Sequence record: PQ100635.1
DNA from: Escherichia phage PNJ-9
Reading direction: 5' to 3' (one strand)
Length of the DNA: 64,000 nucleotides
A program made the position numbers and the translations under genes. The notes beneath the pieces are model-generated. The model did no database searches, was not told the origin of the DNA, and saw nothing but the letters and a program-made list of their open reading frames with translations. Shown piece after piece: positions 18,301 to 27,596 of the stretch. The first letter of the stretch is position 1. Each line of letters opens with the position of its first letter.

Positions 18301-18767
18301 ATTATGATAGATTTTATCCTTGCGATTTTGTGAATGGCCCTGGTTGCAGGGTCGTTCTTTTCGTTACAGGTTGTTTGCATAAATGCGAAGGGTGTTATAA
18401 TAAATCAACATGGAACGCTAGAAATGGTATTCCATTCACTGGTGAAACACTAGAACAATTGATTGAATGTTTGAATAATGATTATATAGAAGGATTAACT
18501 ATAACCGGAGGAGATCCTCTCTATCCTGATAACCGAGATGTTATTCATCGCATTGCTCAAACAGTAAAAAATCTTTATCCCAATAAAAGCATTTGGTTGT
18601 GGACAGGATATAAGTTTGAAGATATTAAACAACTAGAAATGCTTAAATATGTTGATGTTATTATTGATGGGAAGTATGAGAAAAATCTTCCGACTAAAAA
18701 GATGTGGCGAGGATCAGATAATCAGCGACTTTGGTCAAATACCGATGGGGTGTGGAAACATGATTAA
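18297..18767 (+). CDS. nrdG: anaerobic RNR activating enzyme NrdG (radical SAM)
   Basis: 156 aa; CLHKCEGCYN CxxxCxxC motif; ATGA overlap with nrdD. Confidence 0.85.
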   Translation: MNYDRFYPCDFVNGPGCRVVLFVTGCLHKCEGCYNKSTWNARNGIPFTGETLEQLIECLNNDYIEGLTITGGDPLYPDNRDVIHRIAQTVKNLYPNKSIWLWTGYKFEDIKQLEMLKYVDVIIDGKYEKNLPTKKMWRGSDNQRLWSNTDGVWKHD

Positions 18768-18877
18768 ATTGAATTACATTATGGATACTATAAATGATAT
18801 GATTTTTCGTTTTGGTCCAGAATTTTATTCGCAGTATAGTTTGGTGTTTATCAATGCTTAGTTAATTAAGGGTAAAT

Positions 18878-19093
18878 ATGTATAAATTTCGTAAAGGTTT
18901 AGCTGATTTTCTTACAACTGTAACGTTCTTTTTGTTTATGGCAGTTGGAGCTATTTTTCTTATTCCTTTTACTGTTGTATTTTTCTTGATTAGTTTAATT
19001 TCTCCGGAAAAGGGTTTATCCTCCAGCGAATTCAATGAACGTTTGGACAAAATTACTAATAAACTGAATTCTGTTCTTGATAAAAAGGCTTAA
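18878..19093 (+). CDS. small membrane protein (71 aa)
   Basis: Hydrophobic core; AAGGGT RBS. Confidence 0.5.
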   Translation: MYKFRKGLADFLTTVTFFLFMAVGAIFLIPFTVVFFLISLISPEKGLSSSEFNERLDKITNKLNSVLDKKA

Positions 19094-19095
19094 TT

Positions 19096-19413
19096 ATGAT
19101 TAGTTTTGAGCGGTATGTGGTAGAGAGTTGGAAAGGTTTTGATATGTTCGGTAATGACTATTATTTTTACGAATGTAATCTAAATCCTAGTTTTTGGGCT
19201 GGACGTGAACGAGATCTCGAAGAAATTAGTGTTCGCGCCGAATTGTTAGGTGAACTGCCTACGGTTTATTTTACCTTTGATGAATCTGGATTTGTTATCC
19301 AGGTTTATTTTCCTGAAGAAAACTCTGGTGAGGATTCTGTTAATCCTCCTTATTGGGCTTACCAAGGAATTATTTCTCGTGGAACAAAACTCGAACTTAA
19401 AGAACAAGATTGA
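19096..19413 (+). CDS. hypothetical protein (105 aa)
   Basis: ORF with AAGG RBS. Confidence 0.5.
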   Translation: MISFERYVVESWKGFDMFGNDYYFYECNLNPSFWAGRERDLEEISVRAELLGELPTVYFTFDESGFVIQVYFPEENSGEDSVNPPYWAYQGIISRGTKLELKEQD

Positions 19414-19702
19414 AATTTATGGCATCCCTGAAGAAGTAGGACGTTGTCCCGGATGTTATACTGTTACAAAACTTTTAAAGGAGCTCAATGCTCCTTATAC
19501 ATTTTATAAAGTCCTCACTAATAATGGTAAGATTGAATATGACCGTCCTTTAATCGTATCTCTTGCTAAACGTGCAGGATTCACTTCACTTAATATTCGT
19601 TATCCTGTCATATTTTTAAATGATAAGAAACAAAGGAATATTGCAGAGTTTAAAAAGTCCTTGATTTCATTAGGATACGACTCTGATATCATAGAAGATT
19701 GA
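19409..19702 (+). CDS. NrdH/glutaredoxin-like protein; start codon unresolved
   Basis: IEIYGIPEEVGRCPGCY thioredoxin-fold active site; no ATG/GTG near domain start; nearest candidates are ATT 19409 or ATG 19280 with a long overlap. Confidence 0.4.
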   Translation: MEIYGIPEEVGRCPGCYTVTKLLKELNAPYTFYKVLTNNGKIEYDRPLIVSLAKRAGFTSLNIRYPVIFLNDKKQRNIAEFKKSLISLGYDSDIIED

Positions 19703-19810
19703 CCAGGTGCCGCCTGGTCTTCTTTATCTCATTTCTAATATAATCCATTGGAATCTTCACTTCACTATCTCCTTGTGCCCCTCTCAAATCGAAAATATTT
19801 TCATAAAACA

Positions 19811-19840
19811 GTTTACATCCTCAATAGATGTGTTAAGATT
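19811..19840 (+). promoter_or_regulatory. early promoter (GTTTAC, TAAGAT-type -10)
   Basis: Read directly; same variant at 49221. Confidence 0.45.
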
Positions 19841-19867
19841 AAACCATCTACTATAGAGGAAAATAAA

Positions 19868-20050
19868 ATGACAATTGAAGATAAAGAAATTAAGGTCGAC
19901 CAGTACTATTCTGTCAATGGTAATGCAATACAGATAACCAGAGTTTCAAGCCTGGATGTTTGGTACCGTTCAATCAAATATCCAGAAATTGGTGAAATGC
20001 TTTGTGACCGTGGTATCTTCTGTTCAATTGCGAAGGAAATTAAGCCATGA
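19868..20050 (+). CDS. hypothetical protein (60 aa)
   Basis: ATG after AGAGGAAAA RBS. Confidence 0.5.
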   Translation: MTIEDKEIKVDQYYSVNGNAIQITRVSSLDVWYRSIKYPEIGEMLCDRGIFCSIAKEIKP

Positions 20051-20295
20051 TTAGTTTAGATTCAAAGAAAGTTGTTCTAACTCTTAATGTAAACAACGAA
20101 CGTCCAGTATTCGTTACCATTTCCGATTTGCATGTTGAAATTGCTAATGGCGTCCGTACTTATCAAACGTCTAAAACACATTGGGACTATATCCCAATGT
20201 TGACGCTTACTCAGCGTTTAGAATCAATCGGTCTTAAAGACCTTTCAGTAAGTGAAATGAATTTTATCAAACGCATTGTATCAATCAACCTCTGA
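20047..20295 (+). CDS. hypothetical protein (82 aa)
   Basis: ATGA overlap start. Confidence 0.5.
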   Translation: MISLDSKKVVLTLNVNNERPVFVTISDLHVEIANGVRTYQTSKTHWDYIPMLTLTQRLESIGLKDLSVSEMNFIKRIVSINL

Positions 20296-20302
20296 GGTAC
20301 TT

Positions 20303-20596
20303 ATGGGTAAAACGTATCGTCGTAAAGATTTGAAAGTTCGTGATTACGACTATTTTGGTAAACGTAAAGCTCCTGACGGTGTTAGCCACAAAGACATGGT
20401 TGAAAACATTTTCCGCTCAGATAAATGGAAACGTATGAAAGGCGTTGATTCTGAAGTCAAGAACGAAATGAATCGACAACTCCGCAAAGAAGTTCGTAAG
20501 TTGAAAAAAGATGTTTACAGTAAAGAAGATTATGATTATAATACTTCTCATACTGAAGCCAAACGTAAAGCTAATGAATGTTATCGTTACAGTTGA
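20303..20596 (+). CDS. highly basic hypothetical protein (97 aa)
   Basis: ATG after TGAGGT RBS. Confidence 0.5.
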   Translation: MGKTYRRKDLKVRDYDYFGKRKAPDGVSHKDMVENIFRSDKWKRMKGVDSEVKNEMNRQLRKEVRKLKKDVYSKEDYDYNTSHTEAKRKANECYRYS

Positions 20597-20603
20597 GGAA
20601 ATT

Positions 20604-20738
20604 ATGAATATCAAACGAATGCTTTTTAAGCAGGGATTATATACTTTAAATGCTAATCCAAAGGGTGATACAACTAAATGGTCTGTAAATGACTGGATTA
20701 AGTTCATCGATGAAAATGGGGCGTGGAACACAAAATGA
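20604..20738 (+). CDS. small hypothetical protein (44 aa)
   Basis: ATG after GAGGAA RBS; in frame with track ORF 20511..20738. Confidence 0.4.
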   Translation: MNIKRMLFKQGLYTLNANPKGDTTKWSVNDWIKFIDENGAWNTK

Positions 20739-20935
20739 ATCCTGAAAATATTGTGTCATGGCAACTTCGTGAAGAACGTGCCGAATTCTTTGCCAATATG
20801 AAACTCAACGGCGTTGAGGATGAAGACTTTTTACGTTGGTTCTGGATTTACAAATACAAAGAATGTCAACATGCTGTGCTATTGACTTGCGCAACTATGT
20901 ACGAAGGCTGGAAAGGCGCTAAAAAGTTCGGTTAA
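20735..20935 (+). CDS. hypothetical protein (66 aa)
   Basis: ATGA-coupled start. Confidence 0.45.
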   Translation: MNPENIVSWQLREERAEFFANMKLNGVEDEDFLRWFWIYKYKECQHAVLLTCATMYEGWKGAKKFG

Positions 20936-20944
20936 TAATATACA

Positions 20945-20980
20945 ACGATAGGAAGACGAATGTTATTATCTTCCTATCGT
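20945..20980 (+). repeat. perfect 12-bp inverted repeat (ACGATAGGAAGA / TCTTCCTATCGT) with 12-nt loop
   Basis: Read directly; intergenic; no strong T-tract. Confidence 0.6.
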
Positions 20981-21000
20981 CTTAAAATGAGGAAAATATC

Positions 21001-21240
21001 ATGGCCCAAGAATTAGATTTTATCAAATTCAAAAAACACCTCGACGTTAAAATTGGGGATTCAATTGTTAGGATTGAGTATGACATTTTAACAGATGCTA
21101 TTACTGTTAGTTGTGATGGAAATAGTTTCAGCTTCGATACAACCGAAAATAAATACCCAATCTATAAAGGCATCTTTGATATGGGTGTTGATATTACTCC
21201 ACGTGATACAAATTACTTACTTTTCATGCTTAAAAAATAG
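21001..21240 (+). CDS. hypothetical protein (79 aa)
   Basis: GAGGAA RBS. Confidence 0.5.
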   Translation: MAQELDFIKFKKHLDVKIGDSIVRIEYDILTDAITVSCDGNSFSFDTTENKYPIYKGIFDMGVDITPRDTNYLLFMLKK

Positions 21241-21306
21241 TATATAAACTCTTGAGAGCAGAGTATAATTCTCTCATTGGATAATAAAATAACCGAGGAA
21301 AATAAT

Positions 21307-21639
21307 ATGTCTACTAAAATCAAAAACGTAGTTAATTCTTTCGCTTTCGATAAAGTTGTTGCTCTTCTGGAATCCGGCAATATTGTTACTCCTCAAGTCC
21401 TTGACGCGTGGGAATTCCGTCTTTATGAAATTATGCAAAAACACGACCAGAAAATTGGACGTAATTCTATTCGTGAAATTCTAGTACAATATATTCTTTC
21501 TGAATTTGACGTTGCTGCATTTGGTGTTGAATCTAAAGCTTATCAGAAACATGAAATCTCTGAAAAGACTATCCGTCGTATGAAAAATCAACGTAAGAAA
21601 AAATTCGTTGACCTGAAAATTGTTAAGGCGGTAAAATGA
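21307..21639 (+). CDS. hypothetical protein (110 aa)
   Basis: ATG after GAGGAAAAT RBS; in frame with track ORF 21277..21639. Confidence 0.5.
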   Translation: MSTKIKNVVNSFAFDKVVALLESGNIVTPQVLDAWEFRLYEIMQKHDQKIGRNSIREILVQYILSEFDVAAFGVESKAYQKHEISEKTIRRMKNQRKKKFVDLKIVKAVK

Positions 21640-21863
21640 GCGTATTAACAGAAACTTTGATTAATGACCTGCGTCTAGCTGGTTATGAAGTTGGTACAAA
21701 TAGTCTAGGTCTTTCTCAGATTGAAGGGCTTGGATTTATCCTAGAATATGAATTCAAACAATGGTGGCTATATACTACGGCTGACGATGCGTTGAATATC
21801 GATTTCGTTGACCAATTTGATTCGTTGGATGATGCTCTTGAAGCAGCAAAGGAACTAGAATGA
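21636..21863 (+). CDS. hypothetical acidic protein (75 aa)
   Basis: ATGA overlap start. Confidence 0.5.
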   Translation: MSVLTETLINDLRLAGYEVGTNSLGLSQIEGLGFILEYEFKQWWLYTTADDALNIDFVDQFDSLDDALEAAKELE

Positions 21864-22129
21864 AATTAACTCGAATCAGTATAACTGAAGAAAAGCTGGG
21901 CGAATTTTATGTTGACGAATATATGAAAGTCACGTATTTTCCATTCGTTAAAGGTGTTGGTTTTTGGGAAACTCATGTATCTCAATTAAACGAAGGCGAC
22001 TATAACGAAACACATGAGAACTTTTTAGATTTTCTTTATAATGCCGGTCTTACTGAGCTTTATATCGATATCCATGAGTTCAAACGTTTAATGGAAAAAG
22101 TGTTTCAGGCTTATTGTTTGCTCCGATAG
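21860..22129 (+). CDS. hypothetical protein (89 aa)
   Basis: ATGA overlap start. Confidence 0.5.
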   Translation: MKLTRISITEEKLGEFYVDEYMKVTYFPFVKGVGFWETHVSQLNEGDYNETHENFLDFLYNAGLTELYIDIHEFKRLMEKVFQAYCLLR

Positions 22130-22137
22130 TATCTCGT

Positions 22138-22172
22138 GCTTTAAGATAGGTCTCTAAATATTATGATATAAT
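22138..22172 (+). promoter_or_regulatory. promoter region upstream of gene 55 (TGCTTTA box; TATAAT and TATAGACCTAT module)
   Basis: Motifs read directly; exact architecture unclear. Confidence 0.35.
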
Positions 22173-22201
22173 AGACCTATGAATTGAGCTAAGAGGTACT
22201 T

Positions 22202-22759
22202 ATGACTGAACAAAAACCTAAAAATAACTATGTGAATAATAAAGAGCTTCTCGCCGCTATAATCGAGTGGAAAAAGGAGCTCTTAAATAATAAAGACCCA
22301 AACAAAATTATTCGTCAGAATGATACCATCGGTTTAGCAATTATGCTTATCGCCGAAGGCCTGTCCAAACGTTTCAACTTTTCAGGATATACCCAGTCTT
22401 GGAAGCAGGAGATGATTGCAGATGGGATTGAAGCCTCTATTAAGGGACTTCATAATTTCGACGAAACTAAGTACAATAACCCACATGCATACATAACTCG
22501 AGCTTGTTTTAATGCTTTTGTCCAACGTATCAAAAAAGAGCGTAAGGAAGTTGCAAAGAAATATAGTTACTTCGTTCATAACGTCTACGACAGTCATGAC
22601 GATGATATGGTAGCGTTGGTAGATGAAACGTTTATTCAAGACATCTACGATAAAATGACGCATTATGAAGAATCCGCTTATAAAGCTCCTGGGGCTGAAA
22701 AGAAGGAAGTTGTTAGCGATTCGCCTAGTTTGGATTTTTTATATGAGGATGACAATTGA
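22202..22759 (+). CDS. 55: late-transcription sigma factor gp55
   Basis: 185 aa; NYVNNKELL...[50 protein letters not shown] matches T4 gp55 from memory. Confidence 0.9.
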   Translation: MTEQKPKNNYVNNKELLAAIIEWKKELLNNKDPNKIIRQNDTIGLAIMLIAEGLSKRFNFSGYTQSWKQEMIADGIEASIKGLHNFDETKYNNPHAYITRACFNAFVQRIKKERKEVAKKYSYFVHNVYDSHDDDMVALVDETFIQDIYDKMTHYEESAYKAPGAEKKEVVSDSPSLDFLYEDDN

Positions 22760-22958
22760 CATCTCTAACTACTTAGAAGAACCTTTTGACGAAGCAATCC
22801 CTTATTTGGTAAAACTGTTGGGTCGTGAATTTAAAATTAATTTTGACATCGACCCTTTGAACCCACATGACGTGTCATTTTCGATAAATGGGACTCCGGT
22901 TGAGTATGAGTTCTGTATTGAAGAGGATGGACGTTTTTATTTTAATTTAATGAGATAA
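22743..22958 (+). CDS. hypothetical protein (71 aa)
   Basis: ATG overlapping gp55 3' end; start 22743 or 22749. Confidence 0.4.
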   Translation: MRMTIDISNYLEEPFDEAIPYLVKLLGREFKINFDIDPLNPHDVSFSINGTPVEYEFCIEEDGRFYFNLMR

Positions 22959-22959
22959 T

Positions 22960-23283
22960 ATGACTACCGAGATTATTGAAAATAAAGAAGCAGAAGATGC
23001 AGTAGCTAAAATGCTACAAGAAATCCAAAAGAAAAATGAAGCTGAAGCACGTAAAAAATCCGAAAAGATTCTTAAAAAGAATCGTTTTGAGCTAAACCGT
23101 CTTTATGCTCATGCTCAAGAAGCAGCAATTCAAAACAACTTCGAAGCTTACGAATATGCTATTAAGAAATCTCGGGATATTCTACGACAACCATATAATG
23201 ACAAGTTAATTAAAATCCAGTGGGTTACTACTCGTCAGGCTATTGAGGACATCATTAATGGCGCTAGTTCAAACAAAGTTTAA
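22960..23283 (+). CDS. hypothetical protein (107 aa)
   Basis: ORF; ATG directly after upstream stop. Confidence 0.5.
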   Translation: MTTEIIENKEAEDAVAKMLQEIQKKNEAEARKKSEKILKKNRFELNRLYAHAQEAAIQNNFEAYEYAIKKSRDILRQPYNDKLIKIQWVTTRQAIEDIINGASSNKV

Positions 23284-23464
23284 ACGTCTTAATCTGAACG
23301 CAGGATTCACCCTTAAATTGGGAGGTCCTCTTTGTGTTAAAATTTCCGAAAAGGAATATCACGACGGTTCTATTACAGAAATTTGTCCGCCTATTGTAAA
23401 GGCAGACCCAAAACAACTCGTGTGGGTCGATTCATTTCAAGTTAAGAAATGGTGGAAACGATGA
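23258..23464 (+). CDS. hypothetical protein (68 aa)
   Basis: ATG after GAGGA RBS; overlaps upstream 3' end. Confidence 0.45.
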   Translation: MALVQTKFKRLNLNAGFTLKLGGPLCVKISEKEYHDGSITEICPPIVKADPKQLVWVDSFQVKKWWKR

Positions 23465-23503
23465 GAGAAATCGATTTAGGCATTTTCTGAGAGGTGCTTA
23501 TGC

Positions 23504-23677
23504 ATGACGAACATCCCGACTTCTGAAAATTTCGATAAAATCCGTAAAGGCAAAGCAGAAAGAATGAGACGTTTTAAAGAGTCTTATGATAAAGCTAAAG
23601 CCGAAGGAACTATTACATACAAGCCCATTCGATTTAAAAGTTCAAATGAGCCTCTGTACGGTGTACTATGTGGATAG
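23504..23677 (+). CDS. small basic protein (57 aa), below track threshold
   Basis: ATG after GAGAGGTG RBS; followed directly by terminator. Confidence 0.4.
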   Translation: MTNIPTSENFDKIRKGKAERMRRFKESYDKAKAEGTITYKPIRFKSSNEPLYGVLCG

Positions 23678-23700
23678 GAACTCTTCGGAGTTCCTTTTTT
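23677..23700 (+). terminator. rho-independent terminator (TTCG tetraloop)
   Basis: GGAACTC-TTCG-GAGTTCC followed by TTTTTT. Confidence 0.65.
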
Positions 23701-23723
23701 GCTTTATAAACGGATGATAGAAT
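23700..23723 (+). promoter_or_regulatory. middle promoter (MotA box TGCTTTA, 11 bp, TAGAAT) upstream of gene 47
   Basis: Matches T4 MotA-dependent promoter architecture. Confidence 0.5.
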
Positions 23724-23746
23724 GAATTAACTAATGAGGAAATAAT

Positions 23747-24766
23747 ATGAAAATTTTAAATTTAGGTGATTGGCATTTAGGCGTTAAAGCTGATGATGAG
23801 TGGGTTCAATCAATCCAGTTGGATGGAATTAAGCAGGCGATAGAATATTCTAAGAAAAATGGAATTACTACATGGATTCAATACGGCGATATTTTTGATG
23901 TGCGAAAAGCAATCACGCATAAAACTATGGAGTTCGCACGTGAAATAGTTCAAATGCTTGATGATGCTGGTATTACCCTACATACTGTTGTAGGAAACCA
24001 TGATATGCACTTTAAAAATACTTTAACTCCAAACGCTTCTACTGAGCTTTTAGCTAAATATCCTAATGTTAAAGTATATGATAAGCCTACTACAGTAGAT
24101 TTTGACGGATGTTTGATTGATTTAATTCCTTGGATGTGCGAAGAAAATACTGGTGAAATTCTTGAACATATCAAAACTTCATCTGCTTCTTTTTGTGTTG
24201 GGCACTGGGAACTGAATGGTTTTTATTTCTATAAAGGAATGAAGTCTCATGGGCTTGAACCTGATTTTTTAAAGACCTATAAACAAGTCTGGTCCGGCCA
24301 CTTCCACACAATCTCTGAAGCTGCTAACGTCAAGTATATTGGGACACCATGGACCCTTACTGCAGGTGATGAAAACGACCCGCGCGGATTCTGGGTATTT
24401 GACACTGATGTTGAACGTATGGAATTTATTCCTAATGAAACAACATGGCATCGACGAATCACTTATCCGTTTAAAGGCAAAATCAATTATTCTGATTATA
24501 CTAATCTAGCCTTACGTGTTATAGTATCAGAAATTGATTCAGAGTTGACTAAGTTTGAATCTGAACTTGAAAAAGTAGTTCACTCTCTTCGTATGGTTTC
24601 TAAAGTTGATAACAGTGTTGAATCTGATGACGACCAGGAAATCGAGATTAAATCACTTCAAGATATCATTAAAGAATATATTGACGCGATTCCAGATATC
24701 TCAGACGAAGACAGAGAAGCGCTGGTCAAATATTCCAACGAACTTTATATTGAGGCAACACAATGA
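23747..24766 (+). CDS. 47: recombination endonuclease subunit gp47 (Mre11-like)
   Basis: 339 aa; calcineurin-like phosphoesterase motif LGDWHLG; synteny with gene 46. Confidence 0.9.
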   Translation: MKILNLGDWHLGVKADDEWVQSIQLDGIKQAIEYSKKNGITTWIQYGDIFDVRKAITHKTMEFAREIVQMLDDAGITLHTVVGNHDMHFKNTLTPNASTELLAKYPNVKVYDKPTTVDFDGCLIDLIPWMCEENTGEILEHIKTSSASFCVGHWELNGFYFYKGMKSHGLEPDFLKTYKQVWSGHFHTISEAANVKYIGTPWTLTAGDENDPRGFWVFDTDVERMEFIPNETTWHRRITYPFKGKINYSDYTNLALRVIVSEIDSELTKFESELEKVVHSLRMVSKVDNSVESDDDQEIEIKSLQDIIKEYIDAIPDISDEDREALVKYSNELYIEATQ

Positions 24767-25014
24767 CTTTAGATGAATTTAACAATGCTGGACTCAGGCT
24801 TGAAGTTGAAATGGACGTTAAAGATGATGATGGATTCGAGAACACTATCAAGTATTGGATTGAGCCATTACGCGTTGAAGGCAATGAAGTTAAAGCAGTT
24901 CATGTCTGCACTGACTGGGCTATTGAATTTAGCTTTAATATAATGGACAACGATACTCCTGGCTCTATTCTTAAAATGGCTGAAGCGTGTATTGAGGATG
25001 CATATAATGACTAA
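24763..25014 (+). CDS. hypothetical acidic protein (83 aa)
   Basis: ATGA overlap with gene 47. Confidence 0.5.
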   Translation: MTLDEFNNAGLRLEVEMDVKDDDGFENTIKYWIEPLRVEGNEVKAVHVCTDWAIEFSFNIMDNDTPGSILKMAEACIEDAYND

Positions 25015-25867
25015 GACTGATTATGAAACTCAAATTTATAAAATTCTTAAAACCTCCTTCCCTTCGTGGGAAGGACTTGATGAGTATTTAAACTTTATAA
25101 AAACTAATTCCACTAATAAAGTAAAAGGACTGACTCAGGTTCACCATATACTACCAAAATCTATTTTTCCAGATTTTAAAACATGTAAATGGAACTTGTG
25201 TCATTTAAGTCATTATAACCATTTTATTGCACATAGCATTTTGGCAAAAACTGGCAACCACAAGATGATTAACGCGCTTCAAAGAATGTATACCGGGCGA
25301 TTTAATTTAAATTGTACAACGCATGAACTAAATAATATAGCCGAGGCGTATTCTTTAGAATTCGAAAATGTTTGTAAAGTTAATTCTATAAAAATGACAT
25401 TATACTATTCCAATCAGGATAATAGAATTAAGATTAGTCAAGCTTTAAAAGCATGGTTTAAAAATCCGGAAAATTTAAAGAAACACAGAATTATGACAAG
25501 TTCAAAGGAATTTAAAGAAACCGTCTCTATTATGACCCAAAAGTGGTTTAGTGACCCTATTAATAAACAAAAACATTTGGATGCTTGTCGTAAAATATCT
25601 AAAACAGCCGAATATAGAGAATCATTATCGGCTGGAGTTTCACGCAGTTGGAAAAATCCTAAAGTTAGAGACACTCATTTGAAATCTAGAAGAAAAGGAT
25701 ATCATTGGGAAAATTTTGATATGCTTTACGTTGAATGGGTTAAAATGAACAAACCTAAATATGTGACTTTTTCTAAAAATTTAGTCAATTTAGGATATCC
25801 TATACAAAGTTCTTTACAGGCTTTAGTTTCTGAATTCATGAGGAAAAATTTAAGTGAAAACATTTAA
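25007..25867 (+). CDS. free-standing HNH homing endonuclease
   Basis: QVHHILPKS...NLCHLSHYNHFIAH HNH motif; inserted between genes 47 and 46; ATG after GAGGA. Confidence 0.65.
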   Translation: MTKTDYETQIYKILKTSFPSWEGLDEYLNFIKTNSTNKVKGLTQVHHILPKSIFPDFKTCKWNLCHLSHYNHFIAHSILAKTGNHKMINALQRMYTGRFNLNCTTHELNNIAEAYSLEFENVCKVNSIKMTLYYSNQDNRIKISQALKAWFKNPENLKKHRIMTSSKEFKETVSIMTQKWFSDPINKQKHLDACRKISKTAEYRESLSAGVSRSWKNPKVRDTHLKSRRKGYHWENFDMLYVEWVKMNKPKYVTFSKNLVNLGYPIQSSLQALVSEFMRKNLSENI

Positions 25868-27542
25868 ATTAAATCGTGTTCGTTATAAAAATATAATGTC
25901 TGTTGGGCAAAATTTTATCGATATCCAATTAGATAAAGTCCAAAAGACCTTAATCACAGGTAAAAATGGTGGTGGTAAATCTACGATGTTAGAAGCCATT
26001 ACTTTCGGACTTTTCGGTAAACCATTTCGTGATGTTAAGAAAGGGCAAATCGTTAACAGCACGAACAAGAAAGAGCTCTTAGTTGAGCTTTGGATGGAAT
26101 TCGATGGTAAAAAATACTTCATTAAACGTGGCCAAAAGCCCAATATTTTCGAAATCTCCGTTGACGGTGTTCGTCTTGATGAATCTGCCAGCAGTCGTGA
26201 CTTCCAAGAAGAATTTGAACGCAGCATCGGAATGTCATACGCGTCTTTTAAACAAATCGTTGTGCTTGGGACGGCAGGGTATACCCCTTTCATGGCTCTT
26301 AGCACCCCTGCTCGTAGAAAACTTGTCGAAGACCTTTTAGAAGTCGGCACACTCGCTGAAATGGATAAAATCAATAAGTCTCAAGTTCGAGAACTTAATT
26401 CCCAGGGACAAGTTCTCGATGCCAAGAAAGATGGCGTTATCCAACAAATTAAGATTTATAACGAGAATATCGAACGTCAAAAGAAATTATCTGGTGATAA
26501 TGTAGCGCGCCTACAGAATATGTATGACGACCTAGCCAAAGAAGCTCGTTCATTAAAAGCAGAAATCGAAGAAGCTAATGAGCGACTACTTAATATCGTT
26601 CTTGATGAAGACCCTACTGAGGCATTCAACAAGATAGGACAAGAAGCATTCTTGATTAAATCTAAAATTGACTCGTATAACAAAGTTATTAAGATGTATC
26701 ATGACGGTGGTACATGTCCTACTTGTGCGTCGCAATTGCACCAGGGTGATCCTATTGTCTCTAAGATTACCGATAAGCTTCACGAATGTAATCACTCATT
26801 CGAGCAACTTACATGTCACAGAGATAATCTGAGTGTCCTAGTGGACGAATATAGAGCTAATGTTAAGACTAAACAGGACCTTGCATCTGATATTCGTACC
26901 AAGAAACAAGCAATGATTGCCACTATTGATAAAGCTAAGAAAGTTAAAGCTGCAATAGAGCAAGCCTCAGCAGAATTTATCGACCATGCCGATGAGATAG
27001 CTTTGCTTCAAAAAGAACTTGATAAAATCATTAAAACAAAATCTGATATCGTTCTTGAAAAATACCATCGTGGTATTATCACAGATATGTTAAAAGATTC
27101 TGGTATTAAAGGTGCTATCATTAAAAAATATGTGCCTCTGTTCAACAAGCAGATTAACTATTATCTTAAAATCATGGAAGCTGATTACGTGTTTTCTATT
27201 GACGAAGAATTCAATGAATCTATAAAATCACGTGGTCGTGAAGATTTTAGTTATGCTTCATTTAGTCAAGGTGAAAAGGCACGTATCGATATCGCATTGT
27301 TGTTTACATGGCGAGATATTGCTGAAAAAGTCTCCGGTGTTAAAATCAACACTCTGATTCTTGATGAGGTTTTTGATGGTGCTGTCGATTCTGAGGCTGT
27401 TAAGGCTATAGATACCATTCTTGGAAGTTTACAAAATACTAATGTGTTCATTATCTCTCATCGAGACCATGACCCTCAGCGGTATGGACAACATCTTCAG
27501 ATGAGCAAAGTTGGACGATTTACGGTAATGACTGTTTCATAA
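25854..27542 (+). CDS. 46: recombination endonuclease subunit gp46 (Rad50/SbcC-like ATPase)
   Basis: 562 aa; Walker A GKNGGGKST; conserved N-terminus MKTFKLNRV requires GTG start overlapping HNH gene 3' end. Confidence 0.9.
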   Translation: MKTFKLNRVRYKNIMSVGQNFIDIQLDKVQKTLITGKNGGGKSTMLEAITFGLFGKPFRDVKKGQIVNSTNKKELLVELWMEFDGKKYFIKRGQKPNIFEISVDGVRLDESASSRDFQEEFERSIGMSYASFKQIVVLGTAGYTPFMALSTPARRKLVEDLLEVGTLAEMDKINKSQVRELNSQGQVLDAKKDGVIQQIKIYNENIERQKKLSGDNVARLQNMYDDLAKEARSLKAEIEEANERLLNIVLDEDPTEAFNKIGQEAFLIKSKIDSYNKVIKMYHDGGTCPTCASQLHQGDPIVSKITDKLHECNHSFEQLTCHRDNLSVLVDEYRANVKTKQDLASDIRTKKQAMIATIDKAKKVKAAIEQASAEFIDHADEIALLQKELDKIIKTKSDIVLEKYHRGIITDMLKDSGIKGAIIKKYVPLFNKQINYYLKIMEADYVFSIDEEFNESIKSRGREDFSYASFSQGEKARIDIALLFTWRDIAEKVSGVKINTLILDEVFDGAVDSEAVKAIDTILGSLQNTNVFIISHRDHDPQRYGQHLQMSKVGRFTVMTVS

Positions 27543-27543
27543 A

Positions 27544-27568
27544 CGCTTTAACATGATGTGGTTATAAT
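27544..27568 (+). promoter_or_regulatory. middle promoter candidate (GCTTTAA box, TATAAT) with 8-bp palindrome GATGTGGT/ACCACATC flanking -10
   Basis: Read directly. Confidence 0.45.
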
Positions 27569-27596
27569 GACCACATCAAATTAAATGGAGAACAAC

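Noticed and set aside
18761-18862. 33-codon ORF after nrdG
   Set aside because: No convincing RBS and very short; could not be distinguished from chance.
19250-19408. TTG/ATG-initiated N-terminal extension of the glutaredoxin-like ORF
   Set aside because: Requires a 130-160 nt overlap with the upstream gene and encodes a low-complexity Leu-rich segment; kept only as an alternative in the finding.
26083-26340. Alternative-frame + strand ORF inside gene 46
   Set aside because: Lies wholly within the conserved Rad50-like coding frame; no independent start signals.
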